The translations under genes and the position numbers were made by a program. This document shows, in pieces, positions 38,647 through 47,397 of a stretch of DNA of 64,000 nucleotides. Source of the DNA: an uncultured Actinomycetes bacterium. GTDB lineage: Bacteria > Actinomycetota > Thermoleophilia > UBA2241. Position 1 is the stretch's first letter. Each line of letters opens with the position of its first letter. The DNA lies in contig CAVWIH010000014.1 of NCBI GenBank assembly GCA_963755025.1, positions 224,001 to 288,000 of the forward strand. Direction: 5' to 3'. A model generated the notes under the pieces. The model saw only the letters and a list, made by a program, of their open reading frames with translations, had not been told where the DNA came from and made no database searches.

Positions 38647-39113
38647 GCTGCCGATGCCTTTCGCGACGGGCCCAGCTTGGTCAGGACCGCGGAGAACTCG
38701 TGCATGTAGTTGGTGAAGGGCTCCGCGCAGACCGAGCAGATGGCCGCCATGCGCAGGCGTTGCGGCTCGTAACCGTGGTCGACGAGCAGCGTCTGGGCGG
38801 CGGCCATGATCTGCGAGGTGCGTTCGCTGCAGTCGGACAGGTAGGCGCACTCGTCGCCGTCGGCGGCGACGAAGACGCCGTCGAAGCCCTGCTGCACGGC
38901 GTAGAGCGCCCAGCTCGGCTTGATGCCGCTCGTGCAGGGCACGCTGATCACCATGACGTTGGGCGAGTAGTGCATGTGCGAGCTGCCCGCCAGGTCGATC
39001 CCCGGGTCGGAGATGTTGTTGGTGGACAGCACCAGGATACGGGGCACGAAGCTGTCGTCCCCGCCGTGCGCCGACGCAGCCGCGTCGACCGCCGTTGCGG
39101 CATCGGGCGCCAC
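38643..39113 (-). CDS. mvhD: MvhD/FlpD-like iron-sulfur subunit with an altered Cys set
   Basis: GIDLAG..HMHY, VPCTSG, GFDGVFV, ECAY, PQRLRMAAICSVC..F. Confidence 0.82.
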   Translation of the reverse strand: MAPDAATAVDAAASAHGGDDSFVPRILVLSTNNISDPGIDLAGSSHMHYSPNVMVISVPCTSGIKPSWALYAVQQGFDGVFVAADGDECAYLSDCSERTSQIMAAAQTLLVDHGYEPQRLRMAAICSVCAEPFTNYMHEFSAVLTKLGPSRKASAA

Positions 39114-39364
39114 TACTTCATCTTCCTGACGTAGAGCTTCATGAAGCCGGGCTCTTCGACGGTGCCGAGGAACTCGTGGCCCATCTTCTTGCACCACGCC
39201 GGGAGGTCTTTCTGCGTGCCCGTGTCGGTGGCCATGACCTCCATGACGCCACCCACGGAGACGCTGGGAATGCCCTTCTTGGCGGCCAGGATGGGGCCTG
39301 GGCACGAGGTGCCTCTGGCGTCGACTACCTTCTCGGCCTGGATCGTGGTCAGGTCTTCTGTCAT
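39113..39364 (-). CDS. tusA: TusA-family sulfurtransferase
   Basis: VDARGTSCPGP, ATDTG, WCKKMGHE; AAGGAGG RBS. Confidence 0.92.
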   Translation of the reverse strand: MTEDLTTIQAEKVVDARGTSCPGPILAAKKGIPSVSVGGVMEVMATDTGTQKDLPAWCKKMGHEFLGTVEEPGFMKLYVRKMK

Positions 39365-39487
39365 GACGGCTCCTCCTTGAGGGACGACTGCTTGTGCTTG
39401 TGCCTTCATTCGCAAAGTGGCAGGAATCCTCGGCCTGTCCCGTGCGGTCTCGAGTGGGCTTGCCCGGCGGCCCGGCAGGCGCGCCGG

Positions 39488-39865
39488 CTAGGGCGCCGGC
39501 GGCAACGGCAGGTGCTGGACCGCCTCGAGCACGCCGGGAGCGAGCAACGACTCGCCCAGCTCGCGGTGCTGCTCGATCAGGGCCTGACGAATGAGGGTGC
39601 AGCCCTGGATGAACTTGGGGTTGGTCATCGAGTAATAGACCGTCTGCGCGTCTTTACGCGGCTTGACGAGCATCTGGTCCTTGAGGACGCGCAGGTGCTG
39701 CGAGACGTTGTGCACGGAGATCCCCAGGGCCTCGGCGAGGTCGCCGACGCACAGCTCCTGCTGGCTCAGGGCGTACAAGATGCCGAGCCGGTGAGGGTTC
39801 GCCAGGGCCCTGCAGAGCTCCGCGTGCATCCTGAAGAGGGGCTCCAGGTCGGCGGCCTGCGGCAT
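39488..39865 (-). CDS. ArsR/SmtB-family regulator (alternative start 39892)
   Basis: AELCRALANPHRL, ELCVGDL, VSQHLRVL, IQGC. Confidence 0.88.
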   Translation of the reverse strand: MPQAADLEPLFRMHAELCRALANPHRLGILYALSQQELCVGDLAEALGISVHNVSQHLRVLKDQMLVKPRKDAQTVYYSMTNPKFIQGCTLIRQALIEQHRELGESLLAPGVLEAVQHLPLPPAP

Positions 39866-40017
39866 GGTGTGATTGTCGTTCCGTATTTGCATAGTTTCAT
39901 ATATACGCTTTACCGCAGTCACGGTCAAGCAGTTGGTCGTCGCGGCACCCCGAGCTCCGTGCACCGAGTTCGAACGGCGGCCCGCTTTGCACAAGACTCT
40001 GCGGGAACTATACTGAC

Positions 40018-40033
40018 ATACCCTAGGGGGTAT
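40018..40033. promoter_or_regulatory. CsoR/CstR/RcnR-family operator
   Basis: ATACCC-TAGG-GGGTAT, identical to 27962-27977. Confidence 0.8.
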
Positions 40034-40106
40034 ATAGGTGCCAGGTAGGCGAGGGGCTTTCGGTCACTCGAGCCGCCCTCGGCACAGAAGCGAGAAGTGA
40101 GGGATC

Positions 40107-40316
40107 GTGGCGCTGTACGACTTTGTCTGTGGCGACTGCGACCACACCTTTGAGGTGTTCTCGATCGGCTTTCTCAAAGCCGAGCAGGAGGAGTGCCCGC
40201 AGTGTGGCTCGCACAACGTTCGTCAGAAGTTCTCGAGCTTCCTGACCGCAGGTTCCGGCTCCGGCTCCGCCTCGGGCTGCGACGCGCCGTCGGGCAGCCC
40301 GTTCGGCTGAGGCTGA
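40107..40316 (+). CDS. FmdB-family zinc-ribbon protein, probable selenoprotein (UGA at 40308-40310)
   Basis: LYDFVCGDCDHTFE...CPQCGS...CDAPSGSPFG-TGA-GGC-TGA. Family call is firm; Sec readthrough is inferred. Confidence 0.78.
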
Positions 40317-40322
40317 GACCGG

Positions 40323-40340
40323 GCGGCGCGGTCGCGCCGC
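40323..40340 (+). promoter_or_regulatory. Putative SECIS hairpin of zinc-ribbon gene 2
   Basis: GCGGCGC-GGTC-GCGCCGC; loop begins 19 nt after the UGA; possible lower stem GGCT/AGCC. Confidence 0.68.
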
Positions 40341-40415
40341 AAAGGGAGCCGACCAGAGGCGGATGCGAGTCCGTGGTCTGATCCACAAGGATCACTCCAG
40401 ACAGCGAAGGGGACC

Positions 40416-40505
40416 ATGGCTACAGTGACCATCCATGCGAAGAGCCGACCGTTCGTCGGTTGCGACCGGCGGCGTCTCGCCGCGGCCCCCGGCGCCGGGA
40501 GGTAG
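40416..40505 (+). pseudogene. 29-aa ORF resembling a glutaredoxin with its centre deleted
   Basis: GAAGGGG RBS; MATVTIHAKS-RPFVGCDRRRLAAAPGAGR resembles Grx/NrdH N- and C-termini without CxxC. Confidence 0.35.
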
Positions 40506-40509
40506 CGCG

Positions 40510-40865
40510 ATGTGGCCGTTTCGCCGTGCGCCCCGCGCACCTGCTTCGGCGCCCACCACGATCGACGTCCGTGAGGCGTGGGCCAGAACGCGCAAGGGCG
40601 CGCGGCTGGTCGATGTGCGCTCGGGGCGCGAGTTCGCCGGGGGCCACCCCAAGGGCGCGCGCAACCTGCCGCCGGCGCGCATAAAGTCCGGCGAGACCGG
40701 CCTGGCGCTGGAAGACGAGATCCTCGTCATCTGCCTGAGCGGGCATCGCAGCCCCCGGCAGGCCAGAAAGCTGGCGGCCATGGGATACGTCAACGTCGCC
40801 AACGTGAGCGGCGGCCTGCTCGCCTGGAACGCGCCGGTCTGCCGGTCAAGGGGTCGCGCCGATAG
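40510..40865 (+). CDS. Rhodanese-domain sulfurtransferase (-1 frameshift near 40826)
   Basis: GGAGGT RBS; LVDVRS, GGHPKGA, active loop ICLSGHRS, VSGGLLAW then ERAGLPV in the shifted frame. Confidence 0.88.
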
Positions 40866-41037
40866 CCCTTTCACGCACGGCCCGGTGATCGCCGGGCACG
40901 ACATCGATCTCTGCCTTGGTTCTCCGGTCTGAACAGCTCCGGATAAGGCGGCCACGCCGGGGCCATCAGCACGGCGATCCCAAAGCGATGACGACGAGAG
41001 CCGGCGCGCGAATAACTCGAACGAGGAGGGTCAAGGG

Positions 41038-42409
41038 ATGAAGGTGCTGGTGCTCGGCGGGGGTCCCGCCGGCTACGTGGCCGCGGGCCGTGCCGCACAA
41101 CTCGGCGCCGAGGTGACCGTCGTCGAGGCGCGCGAGGTCGGCGGCATCTGCCTTAACCGCGGCTGCGTTCCGACCAAGGCGATGGTCGCGGGCGCCCAAC
41201 GCTTAGACCAGGCGCGGCGGGCGGCCGAGTACGGCGTCACCACCGGCGAGGTGAGCCTCGATTTCGCCTCGTTCATGTCCCGCAAAGACGCCGTCACCGC
41301 GCAGCTGCGCGACGGTGTCGCGCGGCTGCTCAAGGCGCGGCACGTCGAGGTCGTGGCGGCTCGCGGCCGCCTGGCGGGGCCGGGCAAGGTGGCGCTCGAC
41401 GACGGAACCGAGCTCACGGGCGACGCCGTCATCCTGGCGAGCGGCTCCGACCCGGTGCGCCTGTCGCTCTTCGATTTCGCAGACCCGCGCGTGATGACGA
41501 GCGACGAACTGCTCGTCGTCGACCATGTTCCGGCCAGCCTCGCCATCGTGGGCGGCGGCGTGATCGGCTGCGAGTTCGCCTCGATCTTCGCCCGGCTGGG
41601 CAGCAAGGTGACCGTGATCGAGATGCTCGACCAGCTCCTGCCCGGCGAAGACAAACGTGCCGGTCGCACCCTGCAGACGGCGTTCACAAAAGCCGGCATC
41701 GGGGTCGTCGTCAAAGCCGGCGTGGACAGCGTGGACCAGACCGACCCCTCAGGCGTGAGACTGCGCCTGGCCAACGGCAGCGAGCTCGTCGCCGAAGCCG
41801 TGCTGGTCGCCGTCGGACGCCGACCGCTCAGCCGTGGGCTGGGCTACGAAGAGGCGGGCGTCGAGGTCGGCCCTCAGGGCTTCGTCGTCACCGACGAGAC
41901 GATGCGCACGAAAGTCGCGGGGGTGTTCGCGGCGCGCGACGTGGCCGGCGCTCCGCTGCTCGCCCACTGGGCCTACCACCAGGGCGCGATCGCCGCCGAG
42001 AACGCCGTGACCGGCTCCCGCATCGCCTACGATCGGCGCATCGTCCCCTCGTGCGTGTTCAGCTCACCAGAGGTGGCGAGCTTCGGCCTGAGCGAGGACC
42101 GCGCCGCGGCCGAGGGCCGCGAGGTGCCAGATCGCCCACGCGCGTTTCAACGGCAGCTCCAAGGCCGTGGTCGACGGCGACGCCGACGGCTACGTGCGCA
42201 TCTGCTGCGAGCCGGGCGGCGGCGCCATTCTGGGTGCCAGCCTGGTGGGGCCGCACGTCAGCGACCTGGTGCACGAGCTCGCCCTGGCGGCGCAGGCCGG
42301 CTTGACCCTCAGCCAGGTGACGGAGACCATCCACGCCCACCCCACGCTGAGCGAGGCGATCGGTGAGGCGGCGCTGAGCGGCTTGGGACGCGGGATGCAC
42401 AGCCTGTGA
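41038..42409 (+). CDS. lpdA: Dihydrolipoamide dehydrogenase-like flavoprotein (+1 frameshift near 42127)
   Basis: GGGPAG, GGICLNRGCVPTK redox disulfide, GGGVIGCE; IHAHPTLSEA in the shifted frame. Confidence 0.85.
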
Positions 42410-42462
42410 GGCCGGGCGGACCGCTACCAGAGCCGACCGGCCGCGAGTCGCGCGTCTGACGC

Positions 42463-43284
42463 TCACACCTCGGTCCGGTCACCGCGAGTGCGGGCAAGGA
42501 CGGCGATGGCTTGGGGAGCGCCCTGCGGGGCGAGGCCATAGTTGGCGGCAAACGACACGCCCAGCACCGCTGCGCCCGCGACGACGTCAAGGATGTAGTG
42601 ATTGCCGGTGATGATGATGGCGGCAAACACGAACAGAGGGTAGACGGCGGCCAGCGTCCGCGCCAGGCGATTGGTAGTGAGCAGGCAGACGGCCAGCGTC
42701 AGGAAGAGCGCGTACCCGATGTGGAGACTGGGAAACGCCGCGTACTGATCGGTCACGAACGACAGGACGCCGGAACGATAGTTCGTCGTCGAGTACAGGA
42801 AGAGCGTGTCGACGACCCCCGACGTAGGGACGAGCCGAGGCGGCGCGACCGGGAAGACGGCGAAGATCGTCATGGCGATCGCGTTCATGGTGAGAAAGAC
42901 GTTGCGAAAGAAGCCGAAGGTCTCGTGGCGGTAGAGGTAGATCCACACGAGAGTGAGGACTGTCGCCGGCAGGTGGACGTTGGCGTAGAACCAGTCCATG
43001 AACTCGATCACCACGTGGATATGGCTGGCCGCCGTCTGGATGGCGGGCTCCAGGTAGAGCCGCAGGCCTTTCTCGACGTTGATGATGCCCTGGGCGTTGG
43101 CCATGGCCGCCGCCCCACGGCCGCGCACGACGATGCGGGCGACGTCGTAGGTCGCGTAGCACAGGACCAGCAGCACGACCTGACGCAGTGCGTCGCGGCC
43201 CCCCGCCGGCAACGCTCCGCGCCATGAGCGCGGCGATCCGACCTCCAGGTACTGCTGCTGCTTTGGCTTACGCGTCACCGTCAC
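42463..43284 (-). CDS. PAP2-superfamily (AUR1/IPC-synthase-like) membrane protein
   Basis: FPVAPPRL, AAFPSLHIGY, TGNHYILD. Confidence 0.88.
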   Translation of the reverse strand: MTVTRKPKQQQYLEVGSPRSWRGALPAGGRDALRQVVLLVLCYATYDVARIVVRGRGAAAMANAQGIINVEKGLRLYLEPAIQTAASHIHVVIEFMDWFYANVHLPATVLTLVWIYLYRHETFGFFRNVFLTMNAIAMTIFAVFPVAPPRLVPTSGVVDTLFLYSTTNYRSGVLSFVTDQYAAFPSLHIGYALFLTLAVCLLTTNRLARTLAAVYPLFVFAAIIITGNHYILDVVAGAAVLGVSFAANYGLAPQGAPQAIAVLARTRGDRTEV

Positions 43285-43315
43285 CCCTTCTCCGCTCCGT
43301 TCGGCCTGCGACGAC

Positions 43316-43693
43316 TCAGGCAGTGGCCACGACAAGGATCATCGTGGCCACTGCCAAGGCGAGGCTCAGGGCCAACATCAGGACGGCCGCCCTGCCCCTC
43401 GAGGGGACCGGGCGATCGGTAGCGAGGGCACGGTCGATCTGCCTGGCGCGAACAAGGGCGTAGCCGATCATGCAGGCACCGAGGACGGCGTAGCCGATGC
43501 CGAGGGCGGCGTAGGCGACGCGAGGACCGCCGAGCAGGGCGGGGATCGCGCGGCCCACGACGAGGGCGCCCGCGATCGCTCCCAAGCCCGTGCAGAACCA
43601 AGCCAGGTACGCGCGCTCGCTGCTCAGCCGTGTGCGCCGCGAGGCGCCTTCGCCGCTGTGGTCTGCCCCGTCGTCGCGCGACCGTGCGTTCAA
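43316..43693 (-). CDS. DUF202/YidH-like membrane protein (start uncertain)
   Basis: RTRLSSERAYLAWFCTGL followed by three TM helices. Confidence 0.75.
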   Translation of the reverse strand: MNARSRDDGADHSGEGASRRTRLSSERAYLAWFCTGLGAIAGALVVGRAIPALLGGPRVAYAALGIGYAVLGACMIGYALVRARQIDRALATDRPVPSRGRAAVLMLALSLALAVATMILVVATA

Positions 43694-43871
43694 TGCTGAC
43701 TGCCTGATGGTCTGCCTCCTCGGGCCGAGCCGTCGATCAGCGCCAGTAAGTGCCGCGCCGCAAAGACCGAATGTTTCCCTGATTTGCAGCAATTCTTGCT
43801 GGAGACTCGGCTCAGCGTATGCTTGCTGCCGTGCGGAGATCTCAGAGAGAGACGAGCGGGGCCTGCGGACC

Positions 43872-44249
43872 GTGGAGGCCCGACGGCACGCCGCGCTCAC
43901 GCTGATCAAGGTCGTCCACACCCTGGCCTGGTTCTCTATCGAATCGTGCATGGCGTACCTGCTCTACGCGGGACTCGCCAAACGCTCAGACCGACGGGCG
44001 GCCGTCGCAGCCGCGGTCGTGACCGGCGAGGGCCTGATCTTTGCCGCCAACCGCTGGCGCTGTCCGCTTACTCGACTGGCCGAGCGTCTCGGCGCCCGCC
44101 GGGGGTCGGTCACCGATCTCTACCTGCCCGAATGGTTCGCCCGCAGCCTGCCGGCCGTCCATGTCCCGCTCGTCGGCTTCGCCGCTGTGCTGCACGCGCG
44201 GAACCTTGTTTCTAGCGAGCCGAGGCGACCCCCGGGGCCGCGGCCATAG
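43872..44249 (+). CDS. Small membrane protein (DUF2784-like)
   Basis: IKVVHTLAW...WRCPLT.LAE...DLYLP.W. Confidence 0.65.
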   Translation: MEARRHAALTLIKVVHTLAWFSIESCMAYLLYAGLAKRSDRRAAVAAAVVTGEGLIFAANRWRCPLTRLAERLGARRGSVTDLYLPEWFARSLPAVHVPLVGFAAVLHARNLVSSEPRRPPGPRP

Positions 44250-45720
44250 ACGACCGGCCCCGAGTGGCCGCCACGACACCGGCGACCACGGAAGCCGAGG
44301 CCAGGAAGATCATGGCGAACCGCAGTCCGTCCTGGGGCGTCGCCGCGAGGCCGTAGATCAACCCCGTGAAGGCGAGACCGAGCGAGGTTCCCATGCCTCG
44401 CGTCATGTTGAGCACGCCAGAGGCGACGCCGGACTGGTGCTTTGGCGCCGACGCCATGATCGCCGCGTTGTTGGGCGGCGTGAACAACCCGAGTCCGACG
44501 CCCACCAGAGCCAGGGCGACGAGGAGCATCGCCTGGCCGGGCCGCGACAGCGCCAGCACGGCCAGGGTCGCGGCGACGATCGCCATGCCGCTGACGGTGA
44601 GCGGTCGCGCGCCCCAGCGATCGGCCAGTCGCCCGGCCAACGGCGCGGCCAGGCCGAGAAAGACCGGCATGACGGTGAGCTCAAGTCCCGCTTCCCCCGC
44701 TCCGAGGTGCAGCCCCCGCTCCAGGTAGAACGGCGTGACGAAGAGCACGCCGAACATGACGAGGTACGAAAGCAGACCGCTGACCACGCCGGCCGAGAAC
44801 GCGCTCCGCTGAAACAGGGTGAGGTCGATCATGGGGTCCGCGGTGCGCCGCTCGCGCATGACAAAGCCGACCCCCAGCACCACAGCTGCTGCCAGCAGGC
44901 CGAGGATCGCCGGCGAGACCCAGCCGAGCCTGTTGCCGAAGGTCACCGCGACCATGAGGCCGACGACGGCCGGAAAGAACAGCCCGAGGCCGGCCCAGTC
45001 GAAGGGCACCCTGCCGACGAGGTGCCGGCTGCGCGGAATGAACAGGATACCGGCCACCATCCCGATCAGCCCGGCGGGCACGTTGACGAAAAAGACGAGG
45101 CGCCAGCCGCCGGCGGCCAGCAGCAGGCCACCCACCGCCGGCCCGAGGGCAAGACCGAGCGCCTGGGCGGCGCCCTGGATGCCGATGCTGCGCCCGAGCG
45201 ACTTGCGCGGCACAGCCAGATAGATGATGGCCACGCTGTTGGCCTGCAGCATGGCCGCGCCCACGGCCTGGAAAGCGCGGAAGGCGTCGAGCGCGGCGAG
45301 GCTGGGCGCGAGGCCGCACAGGATCGAACCCAGGATGAAGACACCGAAGCCATAGGTGTAGAGCAGTTTGCGCCCGACCATGTCGGCGAAGCGGCCCACG
45401 GCGGTGACCGTGGCCACCAGCACCAGCAGGTAGCTGAGGCCGACCCAGGTGACCGCCGCTACGTCGGCGTGAAAGACGTGCTGCAACGTGGGCAGGGCCA
45501 TGGTGACGATGCTGGCGTCGAGTTGCCCCATGAAGGCGCCGACGCACACGGTCGCCACCACGAACCAGGCGGCGCCACGGTGCCCCACCACCCAGCGAGG
45601 CCGGGGCGGTTCGACGAGCAGTCGCCGCCACCCGCGAGCGCGTTCCCGACTCGCCGGCGGAGCGTCGTCTACCGCTTCCTCTCGCCGAGGATCTTCACTC
45701 GTCATCGCCATCGCACTCAT
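44212..45720 (-). CDS. MFS drug efflux transporter (DHA2)
   Basis: GAFMGQLDASIV, GRFADMVGRK, GPAVGG; about 14 TM helices. Confidence 0.92.
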   Translation of the reverse strand: MSAMAMTSEDPRREEAVDDAPPASRERARGWRRLLVEPPRPRWVVGHRGAAWFVVATVCVGAFMGQLDASIVTMALPTLQHVFHADVAAVTWVGLSYLLVLVATVTAVGRFADMVGRKLLYTYGFGVFILGSILCGLAPSLAALDAFRAFQAVGAAMLQANSVAIIYLAVPRKSLGRSIGIQGAAQALGLALGPAVGGLLLAAGGWRLVFFVNVPAGLIGMVAGILFIPRSRHLVGRVPFDWAGLGLFFPAVVGLMVAVTFGNRLGWVSPAILGLLAAAVVLGVGFVMRERRTADPMIDLTLFQRSAFSAGVVSGLLSYLVMFGVLFVTPFYLERGLHLGAGEAGLELTVMPVFLGLAAPLAGRLADRWGARPLTVSGMAIVAATLAVLALSRPGQAMLLVALALVGVGLGLFTPPNNAAIMASAPKHQSGVASGVLNMTRGMGTSLGLAFTGLIYGLAATPQDGLRFAMIFLASASVVAGVVAATRGRSSMAAAPGVASAR

Positions 45721-45782
45721 CGTCGGACCTGCAGTTCCATAAGTCGAATACAGGTGTGAGCTAAGAGCTATATGATTCGCCA

Positions 45783-46667
45783 ATGGACCTGCGGCATCTG
45801 ACCTACCTGCTCGCCGTTGCCGACCACGGTGGCTTTACCCGTGCGTCAAAAGCCATATTCGTGTCCCAACCCGCGCTCTCGCTGGCCGTCAAAGAGCTCG
45901 AAGACGAGCTTGGCGTCGAGCTGCTCTACCGGCTCGGGCGAGGAGTCCGTCTGACTCCCGCCGGCGCCGCACTCGTGGGCCCGGCTCGTCAGGTGCTGCG
46001 CGACATCGAGACCGCCGGGGCGGAAGTCGCTTCCATCGCGGGTCTCGAGGGTGGCTCGCTTGCCTTGGGCTCGTTGCCGACTCTGGCAGCCGACCCGCTG
46101 GCCGGTCTCGTCGGCCGGTTCCGTGCCGCACATCCGGGTGTGGTCGTCGACCTCGCCGCCCCCGATGACACCGCCGATCTGGTGACCCTGCTGCAGCACG
46201 GTCAATGCGAGCTTGCGCTCCTCGAAGGGAGCCTTCTGCCTGACTCGTTGACGACCCACGACCTCGCTATCCAGAGTCTGTCGGTGGTGCTGCCGCCCGG
46301 CACCGTCCGCCCCTCGAACCGCCTTTCCGTCGAGGATCTTGAGCGCGTGCCCTTTATCGCCGCCCCTAAGGGGACGTCGAGCCGCCGGCTCCTCGACGAG
46401 GCCTTCGCGGCGGTGGGCCTCACGCCGCTGGTCGTCGTGGTGGCGGCGCAACGCGAGTCGATCCTGCCGCTCGTGCTCGCCGGCGCCGGCGCGGCATTGG
46501 TCCCCGACTCGCTTGCCCGGCAGGCAGCCGGGCTCGGCGCGGTCGTGGCCCACCCGCGCTCCGCGATCACCCGCCGCGTCGTCCTCGCGCACCGACCAGG
46601 GCCCCTCGCGCCGGCCGCGCGACGCTTCCTCGAGCTGGCGCTCGAAGGCGTTACGCCCGGCACCTGA
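45783..46667 (+). CDS. LysR-family regulator divergent from the MFS gene
   Basis: GGFTRAS..VSQPALSLAVKELEDELGVELL. Confidence 0.93.
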   Translation: MDLRHLTYLLAVADHGGFTRASKAIFVSQPALSLAVKELEDELGVELLYRLGRGVRLTPAGAALVGPARQVLRDIETAGAEVASIAGLEGGSLALGSLPTLAADPLAGLVGRFRAAHPGVVVDLAAPDDTADLVTLLQHGQCELALLEGSLLPDSLTTHDLAIQSLSVVLPPGTVRPSNRLSVEDLERVPFIAAPKGTSSRRLLDEAFAAVGLTPLVVVVAAQRESILPLVLAGAGAALVPDSLARQAAGLGAVVAHPRSAITRRVVLAHRPGPLAPAARRFLELALEGVTPGT

Positions 46668-46695
46668 CCCGCGTTCTGGTCCGACGCCGCCGGGT

Positions 46696-46740
46696 TTGCA
46701 CTCGGGGTCCGCACGTAGGTAATATGGGCATGTGCTCATA
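46696..46740 (+). promoter_or_regulatory. Sigma70-type promoter overlapped by a palindromic operator
   Basis: TTGCAC-18 nt-TAATAT; TATGGGCATGTGCTCATA (46723-46740) has 7 of 9 Watson-Crick pairs. Confidence 0.6.
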
Positions 46741-46851
46741 ATGAGCATCGGCGTGATGAGCTTGGTGGCAGCGTTTGCGGAGTTCGGCGACGGCCCGCAT
46801 CCGCCCGCCGCGACGGCGATGACGCCGACCTGCCGACCGAGAGGGAGATGC

Positions 46852-47397
46852 GTGGCGCGCCCGCCGATCGAACGTTCCGTCGAAGGAATCCCGCACATCA
46901 CGCTCTTCAAGCCGGCCGGCGTGCCGGCGCGCGAGCTCGAGCAGCTTCAGCTGACCGTCGACGAGCTCGAAGCCATCCGCCTCGTCGACCTCGAGGCGCT
47001 CAGTCACGAGCAGGCCGCCGAGGCCATGGGAGTCTCTCGCCAGACCGTGGGTCGCGTGCTCGAGCGTGGCCGTGCCAAGGTCGCCGAGGCCCTTGTCGGC
47101 GGCAAGGCCATCCTCATCGGCGGCGGCCAGTACCGGGTGCTGCCACGTATGCGCTGTTTCGCCTGCCAGAGCCTCTGGGTCGCAGATGCCGAAGTTCCGG
47201 GCCGCGTGACCTCATGCCCCAGATGCGGCTCCACCGATGTGGGCGCGTGCTGGGGCCCCGGTGCGCGCCGCGGCTGCCGGCAAGGCCGCGACGACCCCCG
47301 AGGACCCGGCTGCGGCCGCGGGGGCCAGCGACGTTCTCTGCAGCAACCAGTAACAAATCGACGAACCGATGAATCGACGACCGAGAGTGAGAACCAC
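46852..47397 (+). CDS. DUF134 (UPF0251) HTH protein with a C-terminal zinc ribbon; reads in frame into the next gene
   Basis: FKPAGVP, DELEAIRLVD, AMGVSRQT, KVAEALVGGKAILIGGG, CFAC..CPRCGS; no stop before ATG 47398. Confidence 0.8.

Noticed and set aside
31589-39364. Canonical sHdr sulfur-oxidation operon or methanogenic HdrABC-MvhADG
   Set aside because: Gene set and domain structure differ: no second hdrC/hdrB pair, no lbpA, no mvhA/mvhG
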